Positions 23,523 through 36,062 of a DNA stretch of 64,000 nucleotides are shown here, piece by piece. The stretch's first letter is position 1, and every line of letters begins with the position of its first letter. Both the position numbers and the translations under genes were made by a program. Under the pieces are notes generated by a model that made no database searches, was not told the origin of the DNA, and saw only the letters and a program-made list of their open reading frames with translations. The stretch is from Vicugna vicugna (Eukaryota): positions 1 through 64,000 of the forward strand of contig MU058290.1 of NCBI GenBank assembly GCA_013265495.1, given 5' to 3'.

Positions 23523-25250
23523 GTTTTGATTTGCATTTCCTTGATGATTAGTGATGCTGAATGGATATACACATAATGGAATGTGACCTGGCCTTAAAAA
23601 TGAAGGAAATTTTGCCATTTGTGACAGCTTGGATGCACCTGGAGGACACTATGCTTAGTGAAATAAGCCAGACACAGTCAGAAAAAAATTGTACACAGAC
23701 CCTGTACGATTTCACTTATACATGGAATCTAAAATAGTCAAATCACAGAATCAGAGTACCAAGGTGATTACTAGAGGATGCGGGGAGGAGGAAATGGGCC
23801 ATGGAAGATGGGAAATGGGAGATCGTGGTCAAGGGACTCAAAGTTTCAGTTATTTAACTGAATAAGCTCTGAGCATCCAATGTCTAGCATAGTGACTAGA
23901 GGCATGTGAAAATAAGACAACAGGCCCCAAATAGGTTGCTTATGCTAACCTCCCCCATCACCAAACTGAGACTTAATTACAGTTTCAGGTCTCCCAGAAA
24001 CGGAATTTTCAATCAGTCAATCAGGAATTGCCTGATCAGCACTAGATAGGAAATCCCCCCGATAGATGCCTGTCATCCCCAAGGCAAAGCGACCTTGCAG
24101 TAACCAGTCTGCCTTTTTTGCCTAATATAACATCTTGGTTCCTGCTCCCATCCACCAATAAAAGTCTTTCATTTAATATAGTTTCTTGAACCTCCTTTCT
24201 GTGTGCTGCCTGATACATACATTGTATGCCAACAAGATCTTAAAAATCTATTCAGTTGAATTTTGTTTTGCTGGGGAGGAAGAAAACTTTCCTCTGCCCT
24301 TCTCGGTTCTTCTAGCTAGTCTAAGAGTTAAATTGACATAAAGCAGGTTAACAGGGGCAAATAAAATTTCATTTGGCACATACAGGAGCCCCACATACAT
24401 GAGAGGTTCAAAGGCAGAAAGGCAAAATGAGGTGTGTGTGACACCCCGAGCTAAAGAATGGGAAGGGGCCTAAGGCTTCCAAGGACAGGAGGGTCACTCA
24501 CTGGACGGTAGTGGCAGATGTTTGGTAACTAGAAATTGGTCGTGCCATATAGATGCGGCCACTTAGATAAAACTTACGTCTAGTAATGACTCTTTTTCTC
24601 AGAAAAGTCCCCAATTTAAATTCTCCTAGGTAGTTAAGGGAGGGGCAATAGTTTCTCTTGAGTTCACAGGGTCTCCACTGCCTTTAGCTCAAAACAATCC
24701 ACATGCCAAAGCAGCACATCTTGGGCAGGCCTCTTGTGAACCCCTACAGTTTTCCCCCTGGCTTGATTGAGGTATAATTGACAAATAAAATTGTCAGATA
24801 CCTAAAGTGGGCAATGTGATGATTTAATATGCATACACATTGTGAAAGTATCCCCGCATCGGGTTAGTTAACGCATCTATCACCCCACATATTTACCTCT
24901 CTTTCCTTGGTATGAACATTTAAGTCCTACTCTTTTAGCAAATTTCAATTATGCAATTCAGTCTTATCAACTATATTCACCAAGTTATACATTAGTTTCT
25001 CAGATCTTATTTATCTTATAACTGGGAACTTGTACAGTTTTTTTTTTTTAGCAGGTTAATTAATATAGTATCGTATACTTAAAAGGTGCTACCAGGGTAA
25101 ATTCTATGTGTTTTCATCACGCACACACACACACACGAAAGGGTAAATTAATGAAGTCATAGGTGTATTAATTAGCTTGATTATAGTGATTACCTCATAA
25201 TGTATATGTGTATCAAATCAAGTTGTACATCTTAAATATAAACAATGTAT
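23523..25250. mobile_element. Old L1M 3' end interrupted by LTRs (about 23905-24750) and by an antisense L1 3' end (about 24750-25035)
   Basis: ATAATGGAAT...GCCATTTGTGACAGCTTGGATGCACCTGGAGGACACTATGCTTAGTGAAATAAGCCAGACACAG and a terminal ATCAAATCAAGTTGTACATCTTAAATATA. Confidence 0.65.
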
Positions 25251-25610
25251 TTGGGCTGTCATCCAAATGCCTTCAGTTTAGTCCTTTCGTACCCACACAC
25301 TTTCCTTCTTCAGCAACTAGCGTCTTCACGCATCTCTGTTCCCCAATTTGTTTCTAAATTTTCAAAGGGAGAAGGGAAGGGGTGTGAGAATTGTCCTGAG
25401 AGGAATCTTTCCCTCTGGAGTAAATGAGACAGACGTTCTGTGTCCCCATCATTGATCTGATGCTCTTTAGACTTGGACTAGAGTTTATGGGGATATTAAA
25501 CTATGTGTGTGTTTATAAACTGAGAAGAATTAAAAGAAGGTAGGAGGGGAAAAAATCTCACACACAAGACTATTGTCTCAAATGCTTGAAATTTAAGGTA
25601 TCTTATTTCT

Positions 25611-25616
25611 TTTATT
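25611..25616 (-). terminator. Probable RNASE4 poly(A) signal AATAAA
   Basis: TTTATT on the plus strand about 760 nt downstream of the stop codon; the first canonical hexamer I saw on the sense strand. Confidence 0.55.
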
Positions 25617-26371
25617 ATAAAGAAAACATGAAAAATCTTTCAGTCAGGAAGAGTAAGTGAGTCTTAATGATCCAGTACATTTTTAACACTCTGACTTACT
25701 AGGGGTTTGAGAAGAGAAGAACAAAATTTCTTGTATCATTTCTTGGTCTTATTAGATTCAAACACAGTCAAGTTCCCAAATTTTACAGATAGCGCTCTCA
25801 TCTGGCCAGTACATACTTCCCAAATTTTAACACTCCCCACAACAGCTGACTTTTGGGAATAACAAAACCCAGAAACTTTCAGAACATCTCTTGTGCTGAA
25901 GTGGAAAAAGTCCTAGATTAGTAGCCAGTTATACTGGACTTCTGTCTCAGATTTTCTACTAGCTTTATGTTCTTAGCAAATCCCTTAACTTGGGGCTTGT
26001 GTATCTTGCAGCATCAGCAGCAGTGTCCCAGGGGTGGTGTGACATTAGAAATGACGTAACTTAGATGAAAATGCTTGAAGTGCTCTGGACGTCCATATAA
26101 TGACTAAATTCCAGAGGAGAGAATCCGAGAAAGCCAAGGCGACCAGTATTACAAAAGGAAGCTTATTACAGAAAAGCCCAGACCCATTATAAGTTTATGT
26201 CTCAACTTTCTCTTTCATGCAGTGTATTGAACAGAATGGGTCCTACAGAGAAAAAGAAGAAGAAACAAGCAGAGGAGACAGAGTCTGGGATAGCTCAAAT
26301 GCACTACTCATTGCTACTTAAGGAGTAAGCTAGAGGCCAGCTGCTCGGAGAAAACCCCTGCTGGGTGGCAT

Positions 26372-26815
26372 CTATTTGTCAAAGTGCACAGGCACCTCTG
26401 GGTTACCCTCACAGGCGATGACAACACGTCTCGTGCTGGCTGTGGCCCGGTACCTGCAGTTGGGAGCCCTGGAACTTCCTGTCTCCCTGCAGTCTGTGAC
26501 CTTCACTACCCCCTCGTGGCAGTTCATCTTGCCATTCTTGCACTGAATGCTCGTGGTGCTACAGATGCTCTGAATCTTCCAAATGTCTTCATGAATGAAC
26601 GTGTTGAAGTACTTGCACTGATATGAAGTCATCTTCCGTCTTTGCATCATCACGTTGCAGTAGCTATCACTGCCACCTTTCCCAGCAGGGTCCACGTGTT
26701 GCCGCAGGAATCGTTGGTACATGTAACTCTGCCCGTAGGAAGGCTGTACCAGCCCAAGCCCCAGCAGGGTCAGCAGCACGAGCAGCAGCAATGAATGGGT
26801 CTTTTGGAGCGCCAT
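26372..26815 (-). CDS. RNASE4: Ribonuclease 4, 147 aa
   Basis: [12 protein letters not shown]...SYG|Q signal peptide, FLRQH, CKYFNTF, VTDC, STRR and VPVHFD, with 8 Cys. Acceptor TTTCTCTTTAG|GCACCTCC (exon begins 26832). The ORF-track codon at 26818 is GTG. Confidence 0.97.
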   Translation of the reverse strand: MALQKTHSLLLLVLLTLLGLGLVQPSYGQSYMYQRFLRQHVDPAGKGGSDSYCNVMMQRRKMTSYQCKYFNTFIHEDIWKIQSICSTTSIQCKNGKMNCHEGVVKVTDCRETGSSRAPNCRYRATASTRRVVIACEGNPEVPVHFDK

Positions 26816-27754
26816 CACTACCTTGGAGGTGCCTAAAGAGAAACCAAGGGACAGGAAAAATCATCCTGATTCAACAGGAAGTGAGCAACACAAAGCAGCA
26901 AGGACAATCTCTGGAGAGTCAGACAGGTCCCTATTCTACACGTGCAGTTCAAGGGCTGGCCCCAACTGAACTCCTAGCTTGATACATACGGTTTCTACTG
27001 TCCTTTGTTTTCAAAGATGCTGGCAGATCACACTGAGTGACCGAAATGGCTGATGAGAAACCTGCACTTTATTCCACCTACAGCCTATATTTTGGTTAAT
27101 GATAATGACTACGATCAGGCATAACTATCAGTCTTTTAAATGCCAGCCTCTAACTTCACAGCCACCTTTTGCCCGTGCACAGAAAGATACAAAGCTCTGT
27201 GTCACATTCCCGTGCCTGCAGCTGTAGATACGAGATGCGGAGTTAGGAAGAGAGGGAAGTGAAGGCGTTGTGGGAGGTGGTTGGCAGGGAGGAATTGATG
27301 CTCGATTTACTCCTCACCCAGGACCAGTGGATACAGCTTTTGAAGATACACTTAGCACTTGGGTAATAGCTTCATCACAACAACGTACTTTGGGTTGTTT
27401 TTCCCAAGTCTAATTTTGCACAGTTCTGTCTACTTTCTCAAATTCTGCTTCTTTGTGACCAATAACATGGTCACAAACCAAAATAACCAACTACAGGGAA
27501 GAATTAAGTTATTCATACAAGAGCAAACCCATGGCCCCAGCTACATTAACCAACCGATTTAACAAGACGTAGAAAAACATCCTAATGTAGACATCAATGG
27601 TTGCATCTCAAGGTTCTAGCTACAACAGAAGATGAGATGATCCCCATATCATCCCAACACATCTTTTTTGGTCAGAGCTTGTCCCTAAGGCCTTCTCCAC
27701 TGCACCACCATCGAATCTCAGTAAGAGCTTCTTTTCATTCTGTGATCCCAGAGT

Positions 27755-27945
27755 CCGAGCTCTGCCACATTAACTGTGTGACCCTGGGGAAATTACTTAA
27801 CCTCTCTCAGTGTATTTCCTCACAAGTAAAATGAGCATAATATCACCTACCTCTTAGGAATGTTGGGAGGAATAAATGATAAAATCAATGTAAAGTGTTT
27901 GTTACAATGCCTAGTACATGGTAGCTGTTGAGTAAATGTTGCCAA
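27755..27945 (+). mobile_element. MIR SINE
   Basis: CTCTGCCACATTAACTGTGTGACCCTGGGGAAATTACTTAACCTCTCT...TGTAAAGTG...AATGCCTAGTACATGGTAG. Confidence 0.75.
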
Positions 27946-29462
27946 AGATCACCTTTGCAATTTCCATTTTTCTTGGTTTTCTTTGTAGCCTTCAATCTCA
28001 TAAAATAATGACTACACTGAATCATATGTATTATTGACCCCCAGCTTTGGTCGAGTACCTGTACTTCCAAGAAATTGGAAGGCTGTTTTTAAGCTGAAAT
28101 GTCGCCGATACTAGAATTTATGCCTTGTCCCTAGACAAATGTTTCCTCTCCAAAGTGCATGTAATTTTCTTCCTTGCATGTCACCATTCTTCAAAGCACT
28201 TGACATTTGGGGGTTTTCTTTTCTTTTCCTTGCAAAGTCAACACAGCACAGTGGACTAGGATTTTAGCTTCCCAAATGATTCACTTGAGGTAAAATGACT
28301 TGCCCGCAACTTGACATTTCATCCTAAACAGCTTTTGGTTGTGAGAGAAAGAGACCAGGAGCAAAAAATACTAGGATTGGGGACTACCCAGCTGTTAGCT
28401 CCATCAGGAAGCACCCCCATCCCATTGCCACATAATTTCCTGGGACACAGTCTTTTGTTCTAACACCAGGGCAGGAGATGCCATGGTCATACGCTAAGCA
28501 GAGGTTTGGACATGTGAGTTTTCACAGCTATGATGTGATCAGTGTAATAATGGTCCATGCCTTTGACTTTCATGACCTTGAGTGGACAGTGATCTGTATG
28601 GAAGCCCCATCGCCTCATATGAGGTAGACAGTACTGGTTGGAGAACCTGAGATGTTTCCAAATATTCTACCAAGCACTGGAACTTCCTCACTTCCTGAGG
28701 GCTTTTTTATTTTATAATATTGACAAATTTTCTAATAAAAGAAATTTGGAAAACTTCTCAACTACTTAGGAAAGAAATGACAATGTTTTCAATTTTGAAA
28801 TCAATTAACTCAAGGCAAATACATTCATGCTCTGAATGTGCCCTGGTAACTGACTTCTTGTTTTCCTCCATAAATGAGAACACTTTCAGTGAGGCTGGGC
28901 TCTCTGTGGCACCTAGACACTGGTCTATAACCAGGTATTGAGGAACCAAGCCTTCTGGCTCATCTCAGGGCATGTAGGCATCAGGAGAGGCCATCTTGCA
29001 GGAAAACTGTGACCACTATACTCATTCACAATACAGCAAAACTAGTGATGTGTAACTGTAATTTATTAACTGCTTTCTAAATAAAATATCCAGGTACCGA
29101 TTGATGAAATAAAGTAACAGGAAGTTAACCACTGAACCTGTGGATTAATTAGCACATTTTACAGAGACGGTCTGTTAATCGAAGTTCATGTTTACTTGAA
29201 AACATGTCCAGTTGAAGAAGAAAGGATAAGTTTGGAACCTTTCTATGACCACCCTAAGACCTTAGAGTTGCCAGACATCAGTTGGTACAGTGAAATGAGT
29301 AAAGAGAAAATAATGTAGTAATCAAATTTCTTGATCTTGATATGAAATAACTTTGAAACTATCCTGGGAACATTTCGTTCAAAGCAATGTCAAATTACCT
29401 CCTGCTTAAGGTTAAGAGGTGGCTGCCCTGAATGGATTTTGGTATTCATGCAGGATTACAAA

Positions 29463-29481
29463 TGTGTGTGTGTGTGTGTGT

Positions 29482-29512
<31 letters not shown>
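29463..29512. repeat. Compound (GT)n(GA)n microsatellite
   Basis: Read directly from the sequence. Confidence 0.9.
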
Positions 29513-30035
29513 TGTAATTAATCTGTTTTTATTTAGTCCTACACTCCTCTTCCTAAGGTTTAACATTTGTAAAAGTTATACTTGCTTATTATTTGATAAC
29601 AGTTTGCCCCTCTTGAAAATTCTGCTCCACGGCCATTTGGATTTTCCCAGAAATCTCTGTAAGATGAATTTAACATTCTTGCCATCACAGAAGGGTAAAG
29701 TACACCTCCCTAAGGCCTGATAAGGAACTGACTGGTAAAGAAAAAGCATTTCTGTTCCATCCAACCCTGGAGTGGGGGTGGGGGATCGCGGGGAGTGGGA
29801 GAAACAGCTGAATAGAGAAATGGGGAGAGATCAATAGGCCAGGAATCAGTGAGAAAATTTGATTCTTAATGATTTCAGAGATGTTTTTGTTTGGTAAACA
29901 TACTGTAAAACAGAAAACAAAGGACCAGACAGCTCATGTTCTGGACCTCCAGCAGTGAACACTGCCACCACTGTTCTGGGGTGTGGATGGGAGACGGAAG
30001 GACAGAAGGGCAGAGCCGGCTCTGGGCTGCCAGCT

Positions 30036-30458
30036 TCAAGGGATAAAGGTCTCATCAAGGTGGACAGGAAAGCCATTTCTACAGGCAATAACAATGACTC
30101 TGTAGGCTTTTGTGGCTCTGTACCGGCACGGAGGCCGGGGGGACCCTCCCTTGTGCCTGCAAGTGGTGACCTGGAAAGCAGACTTGCTTCTCCTGAGACC
30201 TATCCCATAAGGCTCTCCATTCGTGTCTTCACAGATGGCCTTGATGTTGCTGTCACTGCCATGAACAAAGGTGTTGGTGTCTTTGCAGGGTGAGGTCAGG
30301 CCTCGTATCCTCATCATGGTTTCACAGTATCTGTCATTCCGGCCTTTGGGGTTGGCATCATGGTGCTTGGACAGGAATTCCTGGTATCCCTGGGCCAAGG
30401 TCGGTGGGATCAGACCCACACCCAGCAGGAAGACCAACAAGAGGGGGCCCATCACCAT
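30036..30458 (-). CDS. ANG: Angiogenin (RNase 5), ANG2-like, 140 aa
   Basis: MVMG...PPTLA|Q signal peptide, six Cys (the angiogenin pattern), [26 protein letters not shown] and PVHLD. Acceptor CTTTTGCCCTTGGCAG|GAGCCTTTGTGGAAAAGATG (exon begins 30475). Confidence 0.95.
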   Translation of the reverse strand: MVMGPLLLVFLLGVGLIPPTLAQGYQEFLSKHHDANPKGRNDRYCETMMRIRGLTSPCKDTNTFVHGSDSNIKAICEDTNGEPYGIGLRRSKSAFQVTTCRHKGGSPRPPCRYRATKAYRVIVIACRNGFPVHLDETFIP

Positions 30459-31813
30459 CTTTTCCACAAAGGCTCCTGCCAAGGGCAAAAGGAGGTATGA
30501 TGTGGGCACAGAACAGCATTGCCACATTAGGCTAAAAGGACAGGGACTTTTCTCTCTGACAGGGTATCATGGATCAGGTATCCTCTGGTACCTAAGTATT
30601 CTTCTCTTTCTCTTTCCTCATTAATCTCATATTTTTTGTCCATCAACTTTTTAAGGAAAGTCTATTCCAGTGTTTCCTGAACACAACTTCCAGCCCCAAC
30701 CACTCTTTCTCATTTCTTAAAATCACCGAGTATGTACCTTTCTATCAGTTGTAGCATTACAAAAATCCATACACAGTCTTTAATTCATGGATTAACTAAC
30801 TGAGTAACAAATATTACATAAGCCCCTACTGGGTTCCAAGCACTGTGCTAGATCCTGGAACACAAAGACCACTGACACACCTACCAGAGGATATAGCATC
30901 CCTGGGGAAGGGATGGAAGAACCAACTTACTGAGATGAGACAGTAAGATAGGAGGTGAGACCTGTGAAGAAGGGGGACTTTTAGGGAACCCTGAGCCCAG
31001 GGAAGGAGCAATCAGAGAAGTCCAGGTACTCAAGTCAGTCAGTCAGTTGACTGTGAGGAGAGACGTGAGAGCAGTTTCACCTTGAGGTGAAGGGAAGCAG
31101 ACCTAATTCCCCAAGGAGTAGGTGGTTCATGGCCAAAGGTGGGATTACTACGTACTATTTGGAAAGAACAGGGAGGAGCGTGGAGGAATCCATGTAAGCT
31201 TGGGAGTGGGTCTGGGGTCAACCCTTACAGAGGACTGAAGGAAGAGGAATTCAAGCTCATTCTTAGGAGCTTCTTGCATTGGGAACAATTTGAATTATTC
31301 TCAGAGAATATTTTTGTTTCCCCCGCATACATACATAGACTGTTACACAACAGGCAAATGGTGTTACCATGTCAACAAACAAACAAACAAAAGTCCTTAG
31401 ATCTTTTCATCAAACCAAAGGTCTTATCATTTGCTATAATGATTTCTTAATGTCATCCTCAGAAGAAGGAGAAGAGCAGCCATCATCTCTCAAGAGCTGT
31501 CAACTGAAACACTGGACATCCCGGGAGTGGTGTGTCAGGCACTCAGACACACCCAGAGAGTTAATAGTGTGCTTATTCCTGGGGCATAATTTTAACTTAA
31601 TGATAGATAATCAAAAATAGAACTAAACAGGTAAGGATGATAACAAGAGAGGAAACAAATTTTCCTATGAACCACTAAGATTGTATCTTATGAAACTTGC
31701 TGATTTGAAAATAGAAAGCTATTTGGTATTTGCAGCAGGTAGTTTCTGACTATACCTTCAGCTCTTCAGAGAAAATTTGAAAGAACAGGGCCTTTAAAAC
31801 TCACCAAAGTCCT

Positions 31814-31955
31814 CTTGTAGTAGCTCACAATGAAAAAAAAAATGGGACAATGAATATACGTATGTTTATGTATAACTGAGAAATTGTGCTCTACACTGGA
31901 ATTTGACACAGCATTATAAAATGACTACAACTCAATAAAAAAATGCTAAAAAAAA
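31814..31955 (+). mobile_element. Short 5'-truncated L1 3' end with TSD
   Basis: Same 3' end as 12388-12678, with an A tail. Flanked by AAAACTCACCAAAGTCCT and AAAACCCCGCCAAAGTCCT. Confidence 0.8.
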
Positions 31956-32680
31956 AACCCCGCCAAAGTCCTACTCCGTATTATGCCAAATACATGTGAA
32001 TGCCCACACATCTAAGAACAAGAATGACTTTCCACTGGAAACTGGAAACTAATTTTTATGATTTTGCTTTTGGAATTGTTGGTCTATGAGTAACTAATTT
32101 ATATCTGGCTATGATTTCTTGACACTCTTCATACATACTGAGAAATTCTTACAATGGGAGAAAAATTTGGCCTTCAATTTCTTCCTCTTCTTCTGTATCC
32201 ATTTGCTGCACCCGGCTTTAATGAATTTGAACACAAGTCACGAGTTTCCAGGTACATATATGTGCATATATGTCCACTTTACAATTGCTTCCTCCATCTC
32301 TTAATTCTTCTGGACAGGAGTGAGAGGATGGTGAAAACTTTTTCTTGTTCTTCAGGGCCTTATGGTCTTTTGTTGCCACCTAGATCTTGGTGAATTTTTT
32401 TGGTTAAATAAGGCTTTTAATTTCTGTGCCCACACGAATTCTCTTTGTTGGTTTCTCCAAAATGGTACTTTCTTCATCTAGTGTGCCATTACAGTCCCTT
32501 TTGGCTTTTGTTTCTTCCTTATGGAGCAAAGGTGTGTGCTTGATGCGTCCCCTACATACAAAATGCTGGACCCAGGATTCTAATCCTTGGCATTTAGGAC
32601 GATCCATTAGAGGCTAATAAGTACACTTTTTCACTTTATATAAAGGCACTGGTCTGCGACCTTCAGTTTATTCCTTTTCT

Positions 32681-32807
32681 TGGGTGGCGGAGGTATTTAG
32701 GATTATTCATTCATTCATTCATTTATTTTAGTGGTGGTACTGGGGATTGAACCTGGGACCTCATGCATGCCAGGCATGTGCTCTACTACTGAGTGTATCC
32801 TCCCCCT
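32681..32807 (-). mobile_element. Vic-1-type SINE
   Basis: GGTACTGGGGATTGAACCTGGGACCTCATGCATGCCAGGCATGTGCTCTACTACTGAG. Confidence 0.85.
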
Positions 32808-35269
32808 GCAACTTATTCTTAAATGTAATGTAATCTTTATGAACCCTAAATTTGTACATTGTCGTGGATACTTAATTATTAATTTTATAGTGTGTTTTTG
32901 TGTGGAAGTCAGTTTTGTGTGTTGTAGCCCTTAAAGAGACCACAGGTCATAGCACTAAGCCTATCGCGCTGCCAAACAGCCCTGGGAGCACAACCGTGAA
33001 TGCAGGAAGATGAAGGGCTTCGGGGTTCTGCTGGCTCCAGGGGAAGGCATGGGACAGGGTGGGCAGAGTGACCTCTCTTTCTCATCAGCATTTGGCATCG
33101 ATCCCCCTTGTCTGTTTCATCTTAACTGTGGACAAATTTGGTACGCTGATGAAGAATTACCAAATTATACGCTAAGACTTTTTTTGGTTATTCCTCAGTA
33201 CTGAAGTAAATAAACAGGTATCAGCTGAAAAGATTTCCTTTAAGCACATGAAAGCATAATTTGTAATAGAAGCAGCAGAAGTGTGTTCTTGGGATTTTAG
33301 CAAGAAAGTGGTACATGAGTGGGAGGGGAGAGCCACACCTCAGAGAAGAACAAGGACTGTGAGGTGGCTGCTGCTCCATCACAGCTGCTGGGCTGCCTGG
33401 CTCCCCATGTGTTAAGCTCTTTTACATTTACATTGTGCTTTTCAGTCTCCTGGGTGTGTTTTCTCTTTCTAGTCTTTTGCAAGACAAAGTTTTATTAATT
33501 TGTAATCCATTAAGTCTCTTGCTCTGCAATGGACAAATATTGCCTTCCCATGTCAAAGTCAACTGTAGAATGGCAGGCTCTCAAGGTGAGAAGGGTCCCC
33601 ATAGGTCAGAGTTGACACTTCTCTGCCAGAGGCCAGAATCCCAGAGTTCAAAAATCTGGAAGCAGAACCTGAGCTGGTAGTACCCAGAAGAGGCGTTAGG
33701 TGGCAGTGGCGGGTAGGAATGGTGCCAACATGTTCCACACTGTAGAGGAAACTGGGGGTCCTTGGAGGAGGTGCCAGGATTGCACAGGGGATGTTGTGGT
33801 TCACCGAAGTAAGTATGAGCCGGCAGGCTTGTCTAGAGATTCTCTCCAAACACCATATGCTTTAGATATTAAAACGAAGGACACCTCCCTAGAAAGGAGT
33901 GTCAAAGCAAACATCACAAAGCTCAGGATATGCCCTCAAGGACATCACAAAATAAAGATTTACCTCTTGTCAAGTGCCATTTCCAAACCACCATTCATGT
34001 GATCTTGAGCAAACAATTACCCATGTACTCACCAGTGTTTCCTACTGGTGCACAATCCACAGGAGGGCAGAGCTCATGTTATTCACCTTGAATCACAATG
34101 CTTGCCTCACAGTAGACCCTTAATAATAATTTAATGACTGACTTCATTTTCCTCTCCAGGTCTGAATTTGTTCATCTGTAAATAAAGTGAGTTGCTAGAG
34201 CAAAAAGTCTGAAATTCCATGGGTTCTCATTAGGCGTAAAGGAGCCTTTCAAGTTTCACTAGCAAAAGTCCAGTGTCCATGGAATTGTAAAGGTAAGTCT
34301 GTGTAAGTTTAGTGGGTGGCACGAGGCACCAGCTGGAAGAGATGACAGGATGACCTGCAGTCTGGTCTCACGGGTGTGCATCCTCTCTGAGGCTCGGTGT
34401 GTAAACCCAGACCACATCACTTCTAGTTAAGGCACTGGACTGACATTGCACTGGGACTCTGCATCCGAAAAAGCTATTTGTTCGCTGAGAGGCTGAAGGT
34501 CCTCATGTCCCTGTCTGGGGCGGTAAAGAATCTTTATTCCTGATTTACAGAATTTGCACCTTCATTCTGTAACAACTCAGGTAACGTTTGCTCAGGCTTA
34601 TTGTAATCTTGACTCCCAAAGACATCCAGAAACCAAATCCCAGCAAGTACACAGCACGGCCACTGCTATCTAACATCTGCTCCCAAACTCACACCTTCCA
34701 CACTCTTACATTCAATTCTAAATTTCCCCAAAACAGAGGTAAAATGCAATCGGGAGAAAACAACTAAGAGACAGACTGTTTGTGGTACAGAAGTGAATCT
34801 GCCTAGGCCAACCACGGTATAGAGCCTCACCTCTGGTCAAGGGTGGTCAGACTCATCCACATATACCCTTTTAGACCCAAGCACATAATTGTCAGTGGAA
34901 TTTGTTCCATCTGTTCTTTAGGCTAACTTGATCCTCTGTCTCAAACCAATCCCTTGGTCTTTACAAAAATTACCATTCTCTTCCTCTCACCACAGGCAAT
35001 ATTTGCACTCCAGGGATTCATCAAACTTTATGCACCAGGGGATTACCTTGACCGGTTGTGATCAGTAACTAAGGTTAGAGTTTCCACGAATATAGCTTCA
35101 CACTTCCATGTGTTCTAGAGCAATTTCCTTCAAAGTGCAAGCATACCACCCAATGCGTAGTCCTCCTCTTTAGTTGTTTTCTTCTTTCTTCTCTTCAACC
35201 TGCCTGTATACCCTCTTTTGACCTTGGGATGCATTCCACTTTGCTTTCAAAGAGCACCCAAAATTATTC

Positions 35270-35355
35270 TTTCTTTTTCTAATGGAGGTACTGGGAACTG
35301 AACCTAGGACTTTATGCATGCTAATCACACATTTTACCACTGAGCTATATCCCCT
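35270..35355 (-). mobile_element. Vic-1-type SINE
   Basis: GGAGGTACTGGGAACTGAACCTAGGAC...TACCACTGAGCTATATCCCC. Confidence 0.85.
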
Positions 35356-35799
35356 TCCTCCTCCTACGACCCCACTCAACCCCTAAAGCTTGAAGGAAAG
35401 AAAGTAGCAGGAAAGATTACAAGAAAACAGCTAAAAATATATTTTATCTTTCTTTTCTTGTTAAGTCATACATAATGCCTGTATCCAGGGGAACTCCGGA
35501 TGACCTTCAGCAAGCAGCTTTCCCAAATCTTTGGGGACTTAATCACAATTTAGGAATCCCTCCTAAACCTCCACTTACTCCCAGTCTCACCAATTTCCCT
35601 TTAGCTACATATAGGATATTGTAAAAGAAATCTTTTCATTTCAAACTTTGGAATCTAATTCATTTTCTTCTTAATTCATGAGCTTGGGCCCAGTGGCTTT
35701 AAAAGGGGGGAAATGGTTTCATTGAAAAGGATGGACATTTAGAAATAGTAAATAAATACACACATGCCTAATAAATAAATAAATAGAACAATAGATTAC

Positions 35800-35900
35800 C
35801 CAGGAGGAAGAATCTTACAAAAATCTGAAAGTTTCCCTCCAACTGAAGAGAGGTTCCAGCCACTTGTTCCTAGAGGTGGGGTCCAGCGGTGTGAACCTGG
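35800..35900 (-). other. Shared non-coding exon II (liver promoter) of ANG/RNASE4
   Basis: Minus strand ...GGAGGGAAACTTTCAGATTTTTGTAAGATTCTTCCTCCTGG|GTAATC matches the human ANG/RNASE4 alternative 5' UTR as recalled. TATA-like TATTTAA at about 35919-35925. Confidence 0.8.
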
Positions 35901-36049
35901 AGGCCCCTCCTGGTTCCGATTAAATAGGGATCAGATGAACTGGGTCAGGAGACTTAATCTAAAGAGTCCCAGTCCTGGCAGAGACATCAAAACCAAGGAC
36001 ACTGCTCTTAGACAAACAAGGAGAGTCACCCTCTCCAGGGCATGACTGG

Positions 36050-36062
36050 GTCAACTATTAAC
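36050..36062 (-). promoter_or_regulatory. HNF1 site of the liver promoter
   Basis: GTTAATAGTTGAC versus consensus GTTAATNATTAAC, about 150 bp upstream of exon II. Confidence 0.7.

Noticed and set aside
32731..32810. tRNA-Ala-like sequences at the SINE positions
   Set aside because: They carry AT-rich tails, some have TSDs, and they have many substitutions, so they are SINEs rather than tRNA genes.
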